DNA of 22,392 bases from a virus (lineage: Duplodnaviria; Heunggongvirae; Uroviricota; Caudoviricetes): the IMG/VR virus record IMGVR_UViG_3300038829_000114, one strand, 5' to 3'. The notes below the pieces were generated by a model, which saw only the letters and a list, made by a program, of their open reading frames with translations, was not told where the DNA came from and ran no database searches. Shown here piece after piece: positions 1 to 7,831 of this stretch. Each line of letters opens with the position of its first letter. Within the stretch, counting starts at the first letter, position 1. Position numbers and translations under genes: made by a program.

Positions 1-63
1 AGGATGCAAATCATAGTATTCTAAAGCTTTCTTAACAGCATCTCGCTCGGTCAGTAGTTTCAT
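1..63 (-). CDS. Partial hypothetical protein (N-terminus MKLLTERDAVKKALEYYDLHP, runs off window)
   Basis: ATG at 63 overlaps the TGA stop of ORF 60-482 (ATGA coupling); open to the window edge. Confidence 0.6.
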   Translation of the reverse strand, partial: MKLLTERDAVKKALEYYDLHP

Positions 64-482
64 AAAGACGCTAAATATGCCTCATTAACAAATGTTGTAG
101 TAGAAGTAGTGTGCCTTAAATGTGTTAAAACAAGTTTAGCAATGTCACTAATTTGGACTGCAGAAATTTGTTCATTAGTATACTGCTCATATCCAGCTAA
201 TGTAATTAAAAATTCAAGTGCAGGGTCGTAGACATTTATATAGGGTATGCCCATCCAGGGTTCTCCTATAGGATGCCCATCCATGCCCTCATTAACCGGA
301 TTAAACATCTCTAATATAGAATCTTTTCTAAATCCTTTGTGGTATCTGCCTTCTGTGTAGTATTCAACACGTAGTTTTTTATACAAAGACACCAAATGGT
401 CTCTATTATGGCTATACGCTACTGGCACAACAGACTCTGCGTTTGCCGTTATTGGGTTTAATTGTAGAATAAATGTTTGCAT
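60..482 (-). CDS. Hypothetical protein, 140 aa
   Basis: ORF track; 1-nt gap to upstream gene, consistent with an operon. Confidence 0.75.
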   Translation of the reverse strand: MQTFILQLNPITANAESVVPVAYSHNRDHLVSLYKKLRVEYYTEGRYHKGFRKDSILEMFNPVNEGMDGHPIGEPWMGIPYINVYDPALEFLITLAGYEQYTNEQISAVQISDIAKLVLTHLRHTTSTTTFVNEAYLASL

Positions 483-483
483 A

Positions 484-876
484 TTATATTTTTCTCATCC
501 TTCTTAAAACTGCACGGTGAGACCCGGAAGGACAGTAGTAAATCACCGATAATACTGCATATCCTTTATGTTTATCAGCCAAGCTATTCAACCACTCAGT
601 GAAGTCACCCTTGCCTTGGAATTCTGTTATAAACTTATCCTCGTTTGAATGAAACTCTCTATATCCGTTTAAAATCTTATGAGAACACTCAGCACAAAAC
701 TGTCCTGAGTTTATTATAACATCAGCAATACCATCCGTACTAAAGGCAATATGTCCACAAATAGGAGCCTGCCTTCGAGGACCTACTATAACCCCATCGT
801 CTGAATGTTGTATAGCAACATGCCAAATAGATGTTTGAGGATGTTGTACATAATGATATGTTTGGGTGAGGTCCAT
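484..876 (-). CDS. Hypothetical protein, 130 aa (Cys/His: CGH...CAEC)
   Basis: ORF track; AGGAAA ribosome-binding site (RBS) upstream; promoter TTGCGT(927-932)-17-TATATT(904-909) on minus strand. Confidence 0.75.
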   Translation of the reverse strand: MDLTQTYHYVQHPQTSIWHVAIQHSDDGVIVGPRRQAPICGHIAFSTDGIADVIINSGQFCAECSHKILNGYREFHSNEDKFITEFQGKGDFTEWLNSLADKHKGYAVLSVIYYCPSGSHRAVLRRMRKI

Positions 877-934
877 TATCAGTTTCCTAAAGCTGTAGCC
901 ATGAATATACCATTATTTTAGAGATTACGCAAAT

Positions 935-1264
935 CTAGTATATTTCACCCGTTGCCTCTAAAATTAATGTTGCGGCTTTCCTTGCAGAAACGTTATCTTT
1001 ACATATATACCGAAGTTTCTTAGGCGGGTCTACTCTCACATCCGTCCAATTATAAAAAATAACTGTTTTTTTGCTGTCTCTAAACCAAATATATCTTCCG
1101 TCCTCTAAACATATGTATGCCTTTCCTTCTCCATGTCCGCAACAACACGAACTCGTTTTTATCCCCGCTCCATTCAATCCATTTATGATAGAGACTAAAC
1201 AACTATCCACTTCCACATAACTCTCCCCACCACCTAACCACGGCGATATTGGAAGCAATACCAT
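935..1264 (-). CDS. Hypothetical protein with VDxC...LN..GIKT..CCCGHG motif (uncharacterised phage family, possible metal site)
   Basis: ORF track 935-1288; ATG 1264 after AAGG preferred because the upstream GTG overlaps the previous gene and the TAGAGAC box. Confidence 0.7.
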   Translation of the reverse strand: MVLLPISPWLGGGESYVEVDSCLVSIINGLNGAGIKTSSCCCGHGEGKAYICLEDGRYIWFRDSKKTVIFYNWTDVRVDPPKKLRYICKDNVSARKAATLILEATGEIY

Positions 1265-1280
1265 AACCTTATCGTCTCTA

Positions 1281-1586
1281 TTACACACACCCTATCTCTT
1301 CTAAATAAAACAACACCTTAGTAGCAATATCTTGGTAAGACTCAGCTTCTCCAATGTCGAATACTCTTCTTATACTTGGCTCATGCATGTCAGGACTAGC
1401 CTTAACTTGTAAAAAGTATTTTTCTTCCGTATTACGACTCAAAATCAGTGTTATGTACCCATTCCCCTTACAAAGATGTACCCAACTGTAAACCGAGTCT
1501 GGTTCCTTAGCCTCAACATACCAATCACTTCTAGCCTCTATATCTTTAGCAATTTTTATTAAGAAATCTAGTAAATGGCTGCTCAT
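1281..1586 (-). CDS. Hypothetical protein, left-block paralog family copy 1
   Basis: ORF track; N-terminal LDFLIKIAKDIEARSDWYV and C-terminal DIGEAES resemble 3167, 3526, 4929 and 5419 products. Confidence 0.8.
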   Translation of the reverse strand: MSSHLLDFLIKIAKDIEARSDWYVEAKEPDSVYSWVHLCKGNGYITLILSRNTEEKYFLQVKASPDMHEPSIRRVFDIGEAESYQDIATKVLFYLEEIGCV

Positions 1587-2530
1587 TAGTAGTCTCTATA
1601 GAAATTGATAGCAGGCAATCCTAACTCAATACGCTTATTCTCTACGGCCTGTGCAGCCAAGTAACTAGATTCAAATTCACCTAAAGACATTACCACACCT
1701 TTAAAAGTTAATCTGGCTCTATACTTACCACCCTTACCACGCTTAGAGACACCGTAAAACTTCTTATACTTCACACGGTTTGCATAATAATTGTTTTTTA
1801 AATCGGGGTCTCTATTTAATAACCGTCGCAAGACAACCTCAGAACATCCCGCTTTCTTAACTATATCTTTACAATCATAAGCGCCATTACGAATCTGCTC
1901 GACAACATTTTCCCGTATCTCTTTATATTTATCTATCCACCGTATAGGTTTATAATCCGAATCTATTAACTCAGGAAAATTAACTAAATCTTTCCCAATA
2001 TCTGGGTAGACCTCTTGTACTTTTATATCATAGGCTCGTGCCGCATCTTTTTCCTTATCAAAAACTCCTGCCGTTATCTGTTTTTGATATTTACCTTTTT
2101 TATTGCGAACGGTTATTGTTAGTTTAGCAACCCATTTTTTGGTTCTGCCATCTAGATATACGCCACGATATTTAGAGGTTTTTCCTTTTTTACTTCTATT
2201 AGCTAACTGGGTATCATTAGCATTCTCCTGTACAGTACCCTCAATCAAATGTGCTGGATTTACACACATACGATTATTACATTTGTGCCTAACCACCAAA
2301 TCCGGATTTAAACTCATTGTGCTTATTAAAACAGATACTCTATGGCTATAAAAGCGTATCCTCCCGCCAAATCGCTCTAAACTAATTAAGCCATAACCGA
2401 CAACAGCCTTACCACCTTGCCACTCCCAACAATCCTTAGTATCACCTTTATTAACATTTGACCAAAATTTTTTTATATCATGCTCAGTAAGATGATCGTA
2501 TTTTAATGCAACTGGTTTTTTTCTCGACAT
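1586..2530 (-). CDS. HNH homing endonuclease with two AP2 DNA-binding domains
   Basis: CWEWQG, YSHRVS and VVRHKCNNRMCVNPAHL (HNH_3 type); SKYRGV...KKWVAK...G.F..EKDAARAYD (AP2); C-terminal FYGV...KYRARL...LGEF...AAQA (second AP2). Confidence 0.9.
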   Translation of the reverse strand: MSRKKPVALKYDHLTEHDIKKFWSNVNKGDTKDCWEWQGGKAVVGYGLISLERFGGRIRFYSHRVSVLISTMSLNPDLVVRHKCNNRMCVNPAHLIEGTVQENANDTQLANRSKKGKTSKYRGVYLDGRTKKWVAKLTITVRNKKGKYQKQITAGVFDKEKDAARAYDIKVQEVYPDIGKDLVNFPELIDSDYKPIRWIDKYKEIRENVVEQIRNGAYDCKDIVKKAGCSEVVLRRLLNRDPDLKNNYYANRVKYKKFYGVSKRGKGGKYRARLTFKGVVMSLGEFESSYLAAQAVENKRIELGLPAINFYRDY

Positions 2531-2545
2531 TTTTAAACCTCTACG

Positions 2546-2794
2546 CTATTCTTTAACTTTCTTCAAATGAATCCTTATTCCCACCCAACACATGCAGTTG
2601 TGATGAACATCTGCCTCTAACTCAGATATAACATAATCAGAATCATCATCGGCATCGTCAACCACAAAACTAACTCTGGATGGGTACGTATGCGCTGCAG
2701 TTTTCTCTCCATCACAACCTATCTCCTTCTGCATATCGTTTAACATAGCTAAAAACTTAGTTACTGTTAGCTCTTTAGGTTTCTCTATGTTCAT
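2546..2794 (-). CDS. Hypothetical protein, 82 aa
   Basis: ORF track; ATGA overlap with upstream gene. Confidence 0.75.
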   Translation of the reverse strand: MNIEKPKELTVTKFLAMLNDMQKEIGCDGEKTAAHTYPSRVSFVVDDADDDSDYVISELEADVHHNCMCWVGIRIHLKKVKE

Positions 2795-3162
2795 GTAGCC
2801 TCCTCGCTATTTTCTAAATATATCACCAACCCATCATGCAATCCCACCAGCATTTTCTCAGCTACATCATGCGTCCTAGTATTATACTCCAAAAATTTTG
2901 CATCATCATAAACTGTGCAAAATACAGGACTGAGAATACCTGTTTGACAACTAAGTATAAGTCTAGAACCTGTCTCAAAAATCCAAAAGAAAAAAAATAG
3001 CTGCACACTACCATGCTCCCCAAGCATCCCCCAACGATGAACACGAGAAAAATTATCCCTCCGCCCCAAATCATCATAAACACACTCCCCAAACTGACCT
3101 ATTCTCTGTATATCCTCAGCTATATCATCCCCATATTGCTTTACTTGTACTAGAGATAACAT
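2791..3162 (-). CDS. Hypothetical protein, 123 aa
   Basis: ORF track; 4-nt gap to upstream stop. Confidence 0.7.
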   Translation of the reverse strand: MLSLVQVKQYGDDIAEDIQRIGQFGECVYDDLGRRDNFSRVHRWGMLGEHGSVQLFFFFWIFETGSRLILSCQTGILSPVFCTVYDDAKFLEYNTRTHDVAEKMLVGLHDGLVIYLENSEEAT

Positions 3163-3166
3163 CGTC

Positions 3167-3514
3167 TTACGCCGTATAAGGGGTTTTTAAATCTCTAAGT
3201 ATCCTCATAGCTGCACTAACCCCCTCTTGAATCGATGTACTCTCTCTTATATCCCAAAAATATTGCGTTATCCCAGACGAGTTACTAATGAATATATCAA
3301 AGTAATCTCTATCCGGAGATCCTAAAACAAACTCATGAGGTCTATAACACAAACCTAAACAAGTGTCACTATTCATTAAAAAAACACCTACCCTATACAG
3401 AACTTTGTGGGCTAAGTTCTTAAAAGCTGCCTCAGATATTACAAAATCCGTTTGAGCCTCTATCTCCTTAGCAACTGCAGTTATATACTCTAAAATAGCA
3501 TCGTTATTTAACAT
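3167..3514 (-). CDS. Hypothetical protein, left-block paralog family copy 2
   Basis: ORF track 3167-3529; ATG 3514 follows TAGAGAC+4 nt; ILEYITAVAKEIEAQTDFVI...DIRESTS. Confidence 0.8.
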   Translation of the reverse strand: MLNNDAILEYITAVAKEIEAQTDFVISEAAFKNLAHKVLYRVGVFLMNSDTCLGLCYRPHEFVLGSPDRDYFDIFISNSSGITQYFWDIRESTSIQEGVSAAMRILRDLKTPYTA

Positions 3515-3525
3515 AGTAGTCTCTA

Positions 3526-3825
3526 TCACAAACCAAACCGCCTCAAAGCATCTTCATAAGCTTTCCATATCTCAATATTAGCAGCAACCACCGTCGTTGA
3601 TTCATTAATACTCAATAAATAATTGTATTTTTTAAAATTATACCCAAACGTTGCGTTAAATAGATCGTCAGCATCATAATACATAACACGTAATCTAACA
3701 CCATCCCCCTCTACTAGATATACCGAAATATCATCCAATCCAACAATAACAAAACTACTCCTAGAGACTAAATCATCCCCAAGCCGCTTTAAAAACCTTT
3801 TAATGTCGTCTATGTTAGCTGCCAT
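3526..3825 (-). CDS. Hypothetical protein, left-block paralog family copy 3
   Basis: ORF track 3526-3852; ATG 3825 lies 9 nt after TGTTATAAT; IKRFLKRLGDDLVSRSSFVI...SINESTT. Confidence 0.8.
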   Translation of the reverse strand: MAANIDDIKRFLKRLGDDLVSRSSFVIVGLDDISVYLVEGDGVRLRVMYYDADDLFNATFGYNFKKYNYLLSINESTTVVAANIEIWKAYEDALRRFGL

Positions 3826-3869
3826 AGTGTCTCTATTATAACACTTCTTCACATGTCTATAGCTTGACG

Positions 3870-4349
3870 CTAACTTCCGTAAATTAATTCCCGAACTGGT
3901 ATGTGTTTAGGAAATTTAAGAGATTTATATAGCTCAGCAGATACCAAACATTCATGCGGTATATAAATGTTCTTGAAATCAGACTCCCCTTCCTGAGATA
4001 TTTCAGCAATTAAACGCCCAGGTGTACTACAATGGTCAAACCTGTTTTTCTTTAGTGTCTTCTTAAGCCATGGGTAGAGAAGCTCTAAAAATACAAAATC
4101 TTTCTCATTATCACATAGATTTGATCGGTCATCTTCAAACAGTAGCTCATTATCAACATAATTAACTATCTCCCCCTTTAAACGCCCCCATAAAACTAAC
4201 ACCTTCCCTAAAGGTACACTAGAAATATAAGCGTCCAAATCTAAGCTATCAATCTGAACGCGGTTTGCAAATGCTCTTAGATCTTTATCTAGTAATTTAA
4301 CACAAGCTCTCTTCATATATGCCTCTCTTTTTATCTGCTCTTTTAACAA
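3870..4349 (-). CDS. Hypothetical protein (start may be ATG 4316)
   Basis: ORF track; GAGG precedes ATG 4316. Confidence 0.75.
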   Translation of the reverse strand: MLKEQIKREAYMKRACVKLLDKDLRAFANRVQIDSLDLDAYISSVPLGKVLVLWGRLKGEIVNYVDNELLFEDDRSNLCDNEKDFVFLELLYPWLKKTLKKNRFDHCSTPGRLIAEISQEGESDFKNIYIPHECLVSAELYKSLKFPKHIPVRELIYGS

Positions 4350-4381
4350 AAACTACACGGGATATCTTTTAAAATAGAGAT

Positions 4382-4681
4382 TTAAAAGTCATCAAAAGGA
4401 GCAGAGTAGTCTATATCACAATCAATTTTCATAATCCTAAAAGTGTCCGCATCATAAGGAAGATCAACCGTAGTCTTAGCTTCCCACCACCCACCACGAT
4501 GTTTTTTCCATATTAATTCATGTTCCCCACCTATCTCCTCCCAACACATATATTTAGCGTCCCTAAGCTTTTTACTGTAACCTAAAATATCGTCTTCTGA
4601 GAATCCTTTAAAATAGAACTCATCTTCTAAACTTGCATTACCTGCAGAATCTATTAAAACAATTTCCCAATTAGTTGCCAT
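4382..4681 (-). CDS. Hypothetical acidic protein (start likely ATG 4681)
   Basis: ORF track 4382-4771; GGGGAG RBS precedes ATG 4681 (MATNWE). Confidence 0.7.
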   Translation of the reverse strand: MATNWEIVLIDSAGNASLEDEFYFKGFSEDDILGYSKKLRDAKYMCWEEIGGEHELIWKKHRGGWWEAKTTVDLPYDADTFRIMKIDCDIDYSAPFDDF

Positions 4682-4699
4682 ATAAGCTCCCCATTTGTA

Positions 4700-4891
4700 T
4701 GTTATTGCCTTAGTATAGGTCGCAGAAGACCAGACTTGATTCTGGTTAGCACTATGGGTTTCCGTGATCACCTACTCACCATAGCGATATGCTGCCCGCT
4801 AGCCGCATATCTATCTGCTTTTGTCATTTAGTTACAGTAAGCAAGCTGTAATCTAACCGTGTGTCCTTCCACACCGCCTCTGTTACGACCT
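4700..4891 (-). ncRNA. Candidate structured RNA or long 5' leader (four tandem hairpins)
   Basis: Promoter TTGCAT(4921-4926)-17-TATAAT(4898-4903); hairpins 4859-4874, 4828-4856, 4786-4811 and 4729-4746. Confidence 0.4.
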
Positions 4892-4928
4892 AAACCCATT
4901 ATACAACATTACACGAAATAATGCAAAA

Positions 4929-5261
4929 TCAAATTTTCAAGTGTGCCCCCGTAAGATACCCAAACACTCTCCCAAGATCCTTACATATTTTTTGTACAGA
5001 ATCTGATTCGGCAATCTCTACAGATGCCTTGTTACACTTATCACCTGTCTCTACACTCACCAATAATGTCGAGTGATCTCTCCCACCAATACATAACCCA
5101 GAAGCTTTTACAGTAATAAACAACCCACGTTTATTAGTTAAATAAAACTCAATAAATCCAAGACTGCCGTAAGTCACTAGATCGATATTTAAACAATGTT
5201 TCTCCACAAACAGATATACTACCTGCCCTGTGAACTCATTTAATTTCTCTATATCACCCAT
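4929..5261 (-). CDS. Hypothetical protein, left-block paralog family copy 4 (probably leaderless)
   Basis: ORF track; ATG exactly 7 nt after TGTTATAAT; C-terminal EIAESDS. Confidence 0.75.
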   Translation of the reverse strand: MGDIEKLNEFTGQVVYLFVEKHCLNIDLVTYGSLGFIEFYLTNKRGLFITVKASGLCIGGRDHSTLLVSVETGDKCNKASVEIAESDSVQKICKDLGRVFGYLTGAHLKI

Positions 5262-5262
5262 G

Positions 5263-5383
5263 GTCTCTATTATAACATTTTTCCAAAAATCTCAAAAATA
5301 TGCCCATGCCGGTATACCCCCTTTTTAAAACAGAACTCCAAAAATATTTAACCTTTAAAAAGAGGGTGGGGGTACCTAGAGAC
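5263..5383. repeat. ~120-bp degenerate direct repeat, copy A (copy B at 6027-6148)
   Basis: Shared GTCTCTATTATAACATTT..CAAAAA..CTCAAAAAT..GCCATGCCGGTATA...AAAATATTTAACCTTTAAAA(C)AGAGGGTGGGGG..TAGAGA. Confidence 0.85.
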
Positions 5384-5418
5384 TACTAATACCCCCTAGT
5401 AACAATAGGCGGCTTTAA

Positions 5419-5742
5419 TTAGTCCTCTAACAGTCCTAATAACTTTACCTTCTTGCAATATAAATCATAATAATCTAACACCATATTAGCGCCTTCCTCT
5501 GCTGTAGTCGTCTCTAGTACAGCCCAAGGATAGTACGTAGCCCCAGATAACGTTGTCTCCATTTCAATAGATAACTCCTTAATCTCATATAATAACCACA
5601 CAGTAATGTTACTAGCTTTTAATATGACATGTGCTATATCATCTTTACAAATACTCTCGCTAATCTCTAGATCACTCCTAGAAACTATTATATTAGCAAC
5701 TTTACATAAGTAATCATACACTATGGTAATATCTGGGTTCAT
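5419..5742 (-). CDS. Hypothetical protein, left-block paralog family copy 5
   Basis: ORF track; VYDYLCKVANIIVSRSDLEI...AVLETTT; ATG follows TAGAGAC+5 nt. Confidence 0.8.
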   Translation of the reverse strand: MNPDITIVYDYLCKVANIIVSRSDLEISESICKDDIAHVILKASNITVWLLYEIKELSIEMETTLSGATYYPWAVLETTTAEEGANMVLDYYDLYCKKVKLLGLLED

Positions 5743-5761
5743 TAAGTGTCTCTATACAATA

Positions 5762-5989
5762 TTAGGCCGCTTGCTTGGTACTTTGTCCATCATATTGTGC
5801 AAACCAATTAGCAATAGCCGCTTTAGTAGAGACCCCTGTGCCATGAAATGGATAACTATTGGCATGGCTGCTTCTTGCCTCTAACACACGTTTTGACAAC
5901 TTAGTAATTAAAAAATAGTAGTCCGCACCACTACGCTTCACCCTAATACACGTCTCAACCCGCTTTTCCACAATCTGAAAATCATACAT
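5762..5989 (-). CDS. Hypothetical protein, 75 aa
   Basis: ORF track; AGGAG RBS; extended -10 TGTTATAAT at about 6033-6041. Confidence 0.8.
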   Translation of the reverse strand: MYDFQIVEKRVETCIRVKRSGADYYFLITKLSKRVLEARSSHANSYPFHGTGVSTKAAIANWFAQYDGQSTKQAA

Positions 5990-6026
5990 AATATACTCCT
6001 ATATTGTGAATCATTATATAAACTTA

Positions 6027-6148
6027 GTCTCTATTATAACATTTCTCAAAAAACTCAAAAATTATGCCATGCCGGTATAGAGCGCTTTTGTTTCAACTAC
6101 CCTAAAATATTTAACCTTTAAAACAGAGGGTGGGGGGTCTATAGAGAT
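6027..6148. repeat. ~120-bp degenerate direct repeat, copy B
   Basis: Aligns by eye with 5263-5383. Confidence 0.85.
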
Positions 6149-6520
6149 GCCAAATGGTCTCTATTTATAATAACTATTGGAACAATGTTATTAACAACTA
6201 TTGGGATAACATAGTCTCTATTCTGGAATTTCGGAAAAATGCTGTCATGTCGATAAAAACCTTGGGTCTGGAAAAAATACCTGGGTATATTAAAAAAGCT
6301 AAGCTTTTTCGTATGCAGATTATTGCATATGAGGCTTATAGAGACTCTTTTAAGGCCATATTACCCTATGGAGGTACCCTGGTAGTGGGTATAGGTGTCA
6401 AACGCGGCTATAAGTCTTATATTAAGCTCACAGGGCCATACCCATTGCCCTACTGTACTAACGAATGGTCATACATCCATCCTTTGCTAAGATTGTTTCC
6501 ATACTCTAACAGTAGAATAC

Positions 6521-6549
6521 ATTATACCAGATTAGTTATAATGGTTCAA
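6521..6549 (-). promoter_or_regulatory. Sigma70-type promoter TTGAAC-17-TATAAT
   Basis: gttcaa 6544-6549 and attata 6521-6526 on plus strand; 17-nt spacer. Confidence 0.55.
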
Positions 6550-6572
6550 GTGGTTGTGGTATAGTATCTCTA

Positions 6573-6737
6573 TTAGATATGGTCTGCGCCTTTGGCCTGC
6601 TTCTTACCTACTTGCCGGGCATTTTTGCGGAGGCGCTTTTTAATAGCCTTAGCTTTCTTTGTTCCAGTGCCACCACAGCAAGGGCCGCTGCAATGGGCAT
6701 AGGTTTTTTTGTGGGTAGCTTTACCGTACAGCTTCAC
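6573..6737 (-). CDS. Small basic Cys-containing protein, 54 aa (MKLYGKATHKKTYAHCSGPCCGGTGTKKAKAIKKRLRK...); not in ORF track
   Basis: Hand translation; GTG overlaps TGA of upstream gene; stop TAA directly followed by TAGAGAT. Confidence 0.7.
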   Translation of the reverse strand: MKLYGKATHKKTYAHCSGPCCGGTGTKKAKAIKKRLRKNARQVGKKQAKGADHI

Positions 6738-6892
6738 AGTGTTTCTTCTAAGGCTTGTAGTTCAGCGAGTAGATCAAAGGGGTGGGTGTTCTTTGGTTCC
6801 ATTGCGTCGGCTAGAATCCAAGTAGCCAGTTTGTAGATAGCGACGATACCGAGAAGGGCGACTGCAACAACAATAGCGATTTTTTCAAGCAT
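6734..6892 (-). CDS. Small membrane-anchored protein, 52 aa (MLEKIAIVVAVALLGIVAIYKLATWILA...); not in ORF track
   Basis: Hand translation; AAGGAG RBS; promoter TTGCAT(6943-6948)-17-TAAACT(6920-6925); hydrophobic N-terminus. Confidence 0.8.
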   Translation of the reverse strand: MLEKIAIVVAVALLGIVAIYKLATWILADAMEPKNTHPFDLLAELQALEETL

Positions 6893-6968
6893 TGTTAGGC
6901 TCCTTTACGTTATGGTCTTAGTTTATCTTAATAGAGACGATAATGCAAGTGGTTATGGTATGGTGTCT

Positions 6969-7298
6969 CTATCCGAGGGTGTTAGCATTGCGTTTGTTTT
7001 CAATGCTCATAAGTAAGGCACCATTTTCGTTATGGCCCGAACCGCAATTGTATTGGTGGGAGTGGCAAATAACGTCCCAGGCTTTGCGCTGGCCGATGAC
7101 GTTCAAAGTATCCCAAATCGCGGGGTCGAATTTGAATACCAGGCCCATGACTACCTTTGGCTCACTGGTATCGACATTCTGACCAGGATCAGCCATAACC
7201 ATAGGCGCTAAGGGGCTTTGGTACTGGGTTTGGAAATTGTGATAGCCCAAGAGCGTACCAGTGTACATATAATTTTGGCCGAGGCAGATAACTTTCAT
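6969..7298 (-). CDS. Hypothetical protein, 109 aa
   Basis: ORF track; AAAGGG RBS; stop TAG is the start of a TAGAGAC arm. Confidence 0.8.
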   Translation of the reverse strand: MKVICLGQNYMYTGTLLGYHNFQTQYQSPLAPMVMADPGQNVDTSEPKVVMGLVFKFDPAIWDTLNVIGQRKAWDVICHSHQYNCGSGHNENGALLMSIENKRNANTLG

Positions 7299-7323
7299 GA
7301 CGTTTCCCTTTTCAAGTAAGAAT

Positions 7324-7352
7324 ATTATACCCTAGTTAAATCGCCCTGTCAA
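7324..7352 (-). promoter_or_regulatory. Consensus sigma70 promoter TTGACA-17-TATAAT
   Basis: tgtcaa 7347-7352; attata 7324-7329. Confidence 0.8.
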
Positions 7353-7754
7353 ATTCGAGCCGAACAGGTTTATTAGTTCGTGAGTCATTGCAACGGCTGT
7401 ATGATGGCCGCTTACGGATACCGTTTTGTCGTCATTGTGATACATAGAAGCAATCATGGCATGTCCATGTTGACCGCGAAAGGTTAGCGATATGTGCAGA
7501 TTGTTGCTGTATCGCGTCGGCTTAAACTTGTGAGTATAAACGATGTTGGTTTTTGAATAGTCTTGAATGTCATGGCCTAGAGACAAATCCATGTTAATTG
7601 CTTGTAATACGGCATGGTCGCTGCCCTCTTCGACAGACACAGTAACTTTGCCGTTCTCTAGTGTGTTATCGACTTCGTAATCAATGCCAACGGTTTCGAG
7701 TCTGGTTAAAACCGCTTGCAAATGCTTTGGACTAACGTGGTGGCCAAATTTCAT
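7332..7754 (-). CDS. Hypothetical protein, 140 aa
   Basis: ORF track; ATAACTTAAAGGGG leader/RBS; promoter TTGTCT-17-TAAACT. Confidence 0.8.
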   Translation of the reverse strand: MKFGHHVSPKHLQAVLTRLETVGIDYEVDNTLENGKVTVSVEEGSDHAVLQAINMDLSLGHDIQDYSKTNIVYTHKFKPTRYSNNLHISLTFRGQHGHAMIASMYHNDDKTVSVSGHHTAVAMTHELINLFGSNLTGRFN

Positions 7755-7831
7755 ATCTTAAACCCCTTTAAGTTATGAGTCCAGTTTACCAGTTAAGAGA
7801 CATAGAGACAACTGTGTGTGTTATGGTATCT

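Noticed and set aside
4783-4891. tRNA, or a 16S-rRNA fragment (GTCGTAACA)
   Set aside because: No T-arm GGTTCRA and no acceptor stem; the 16S-like match is only 9 nt.
6154-6564. Plus-strand 136-aa ORF
   Set aside because: No RBS, opposite to both flanking blocks, begins inside a heptamer pair and crosses a minus-strand promoter; probably non-coding.
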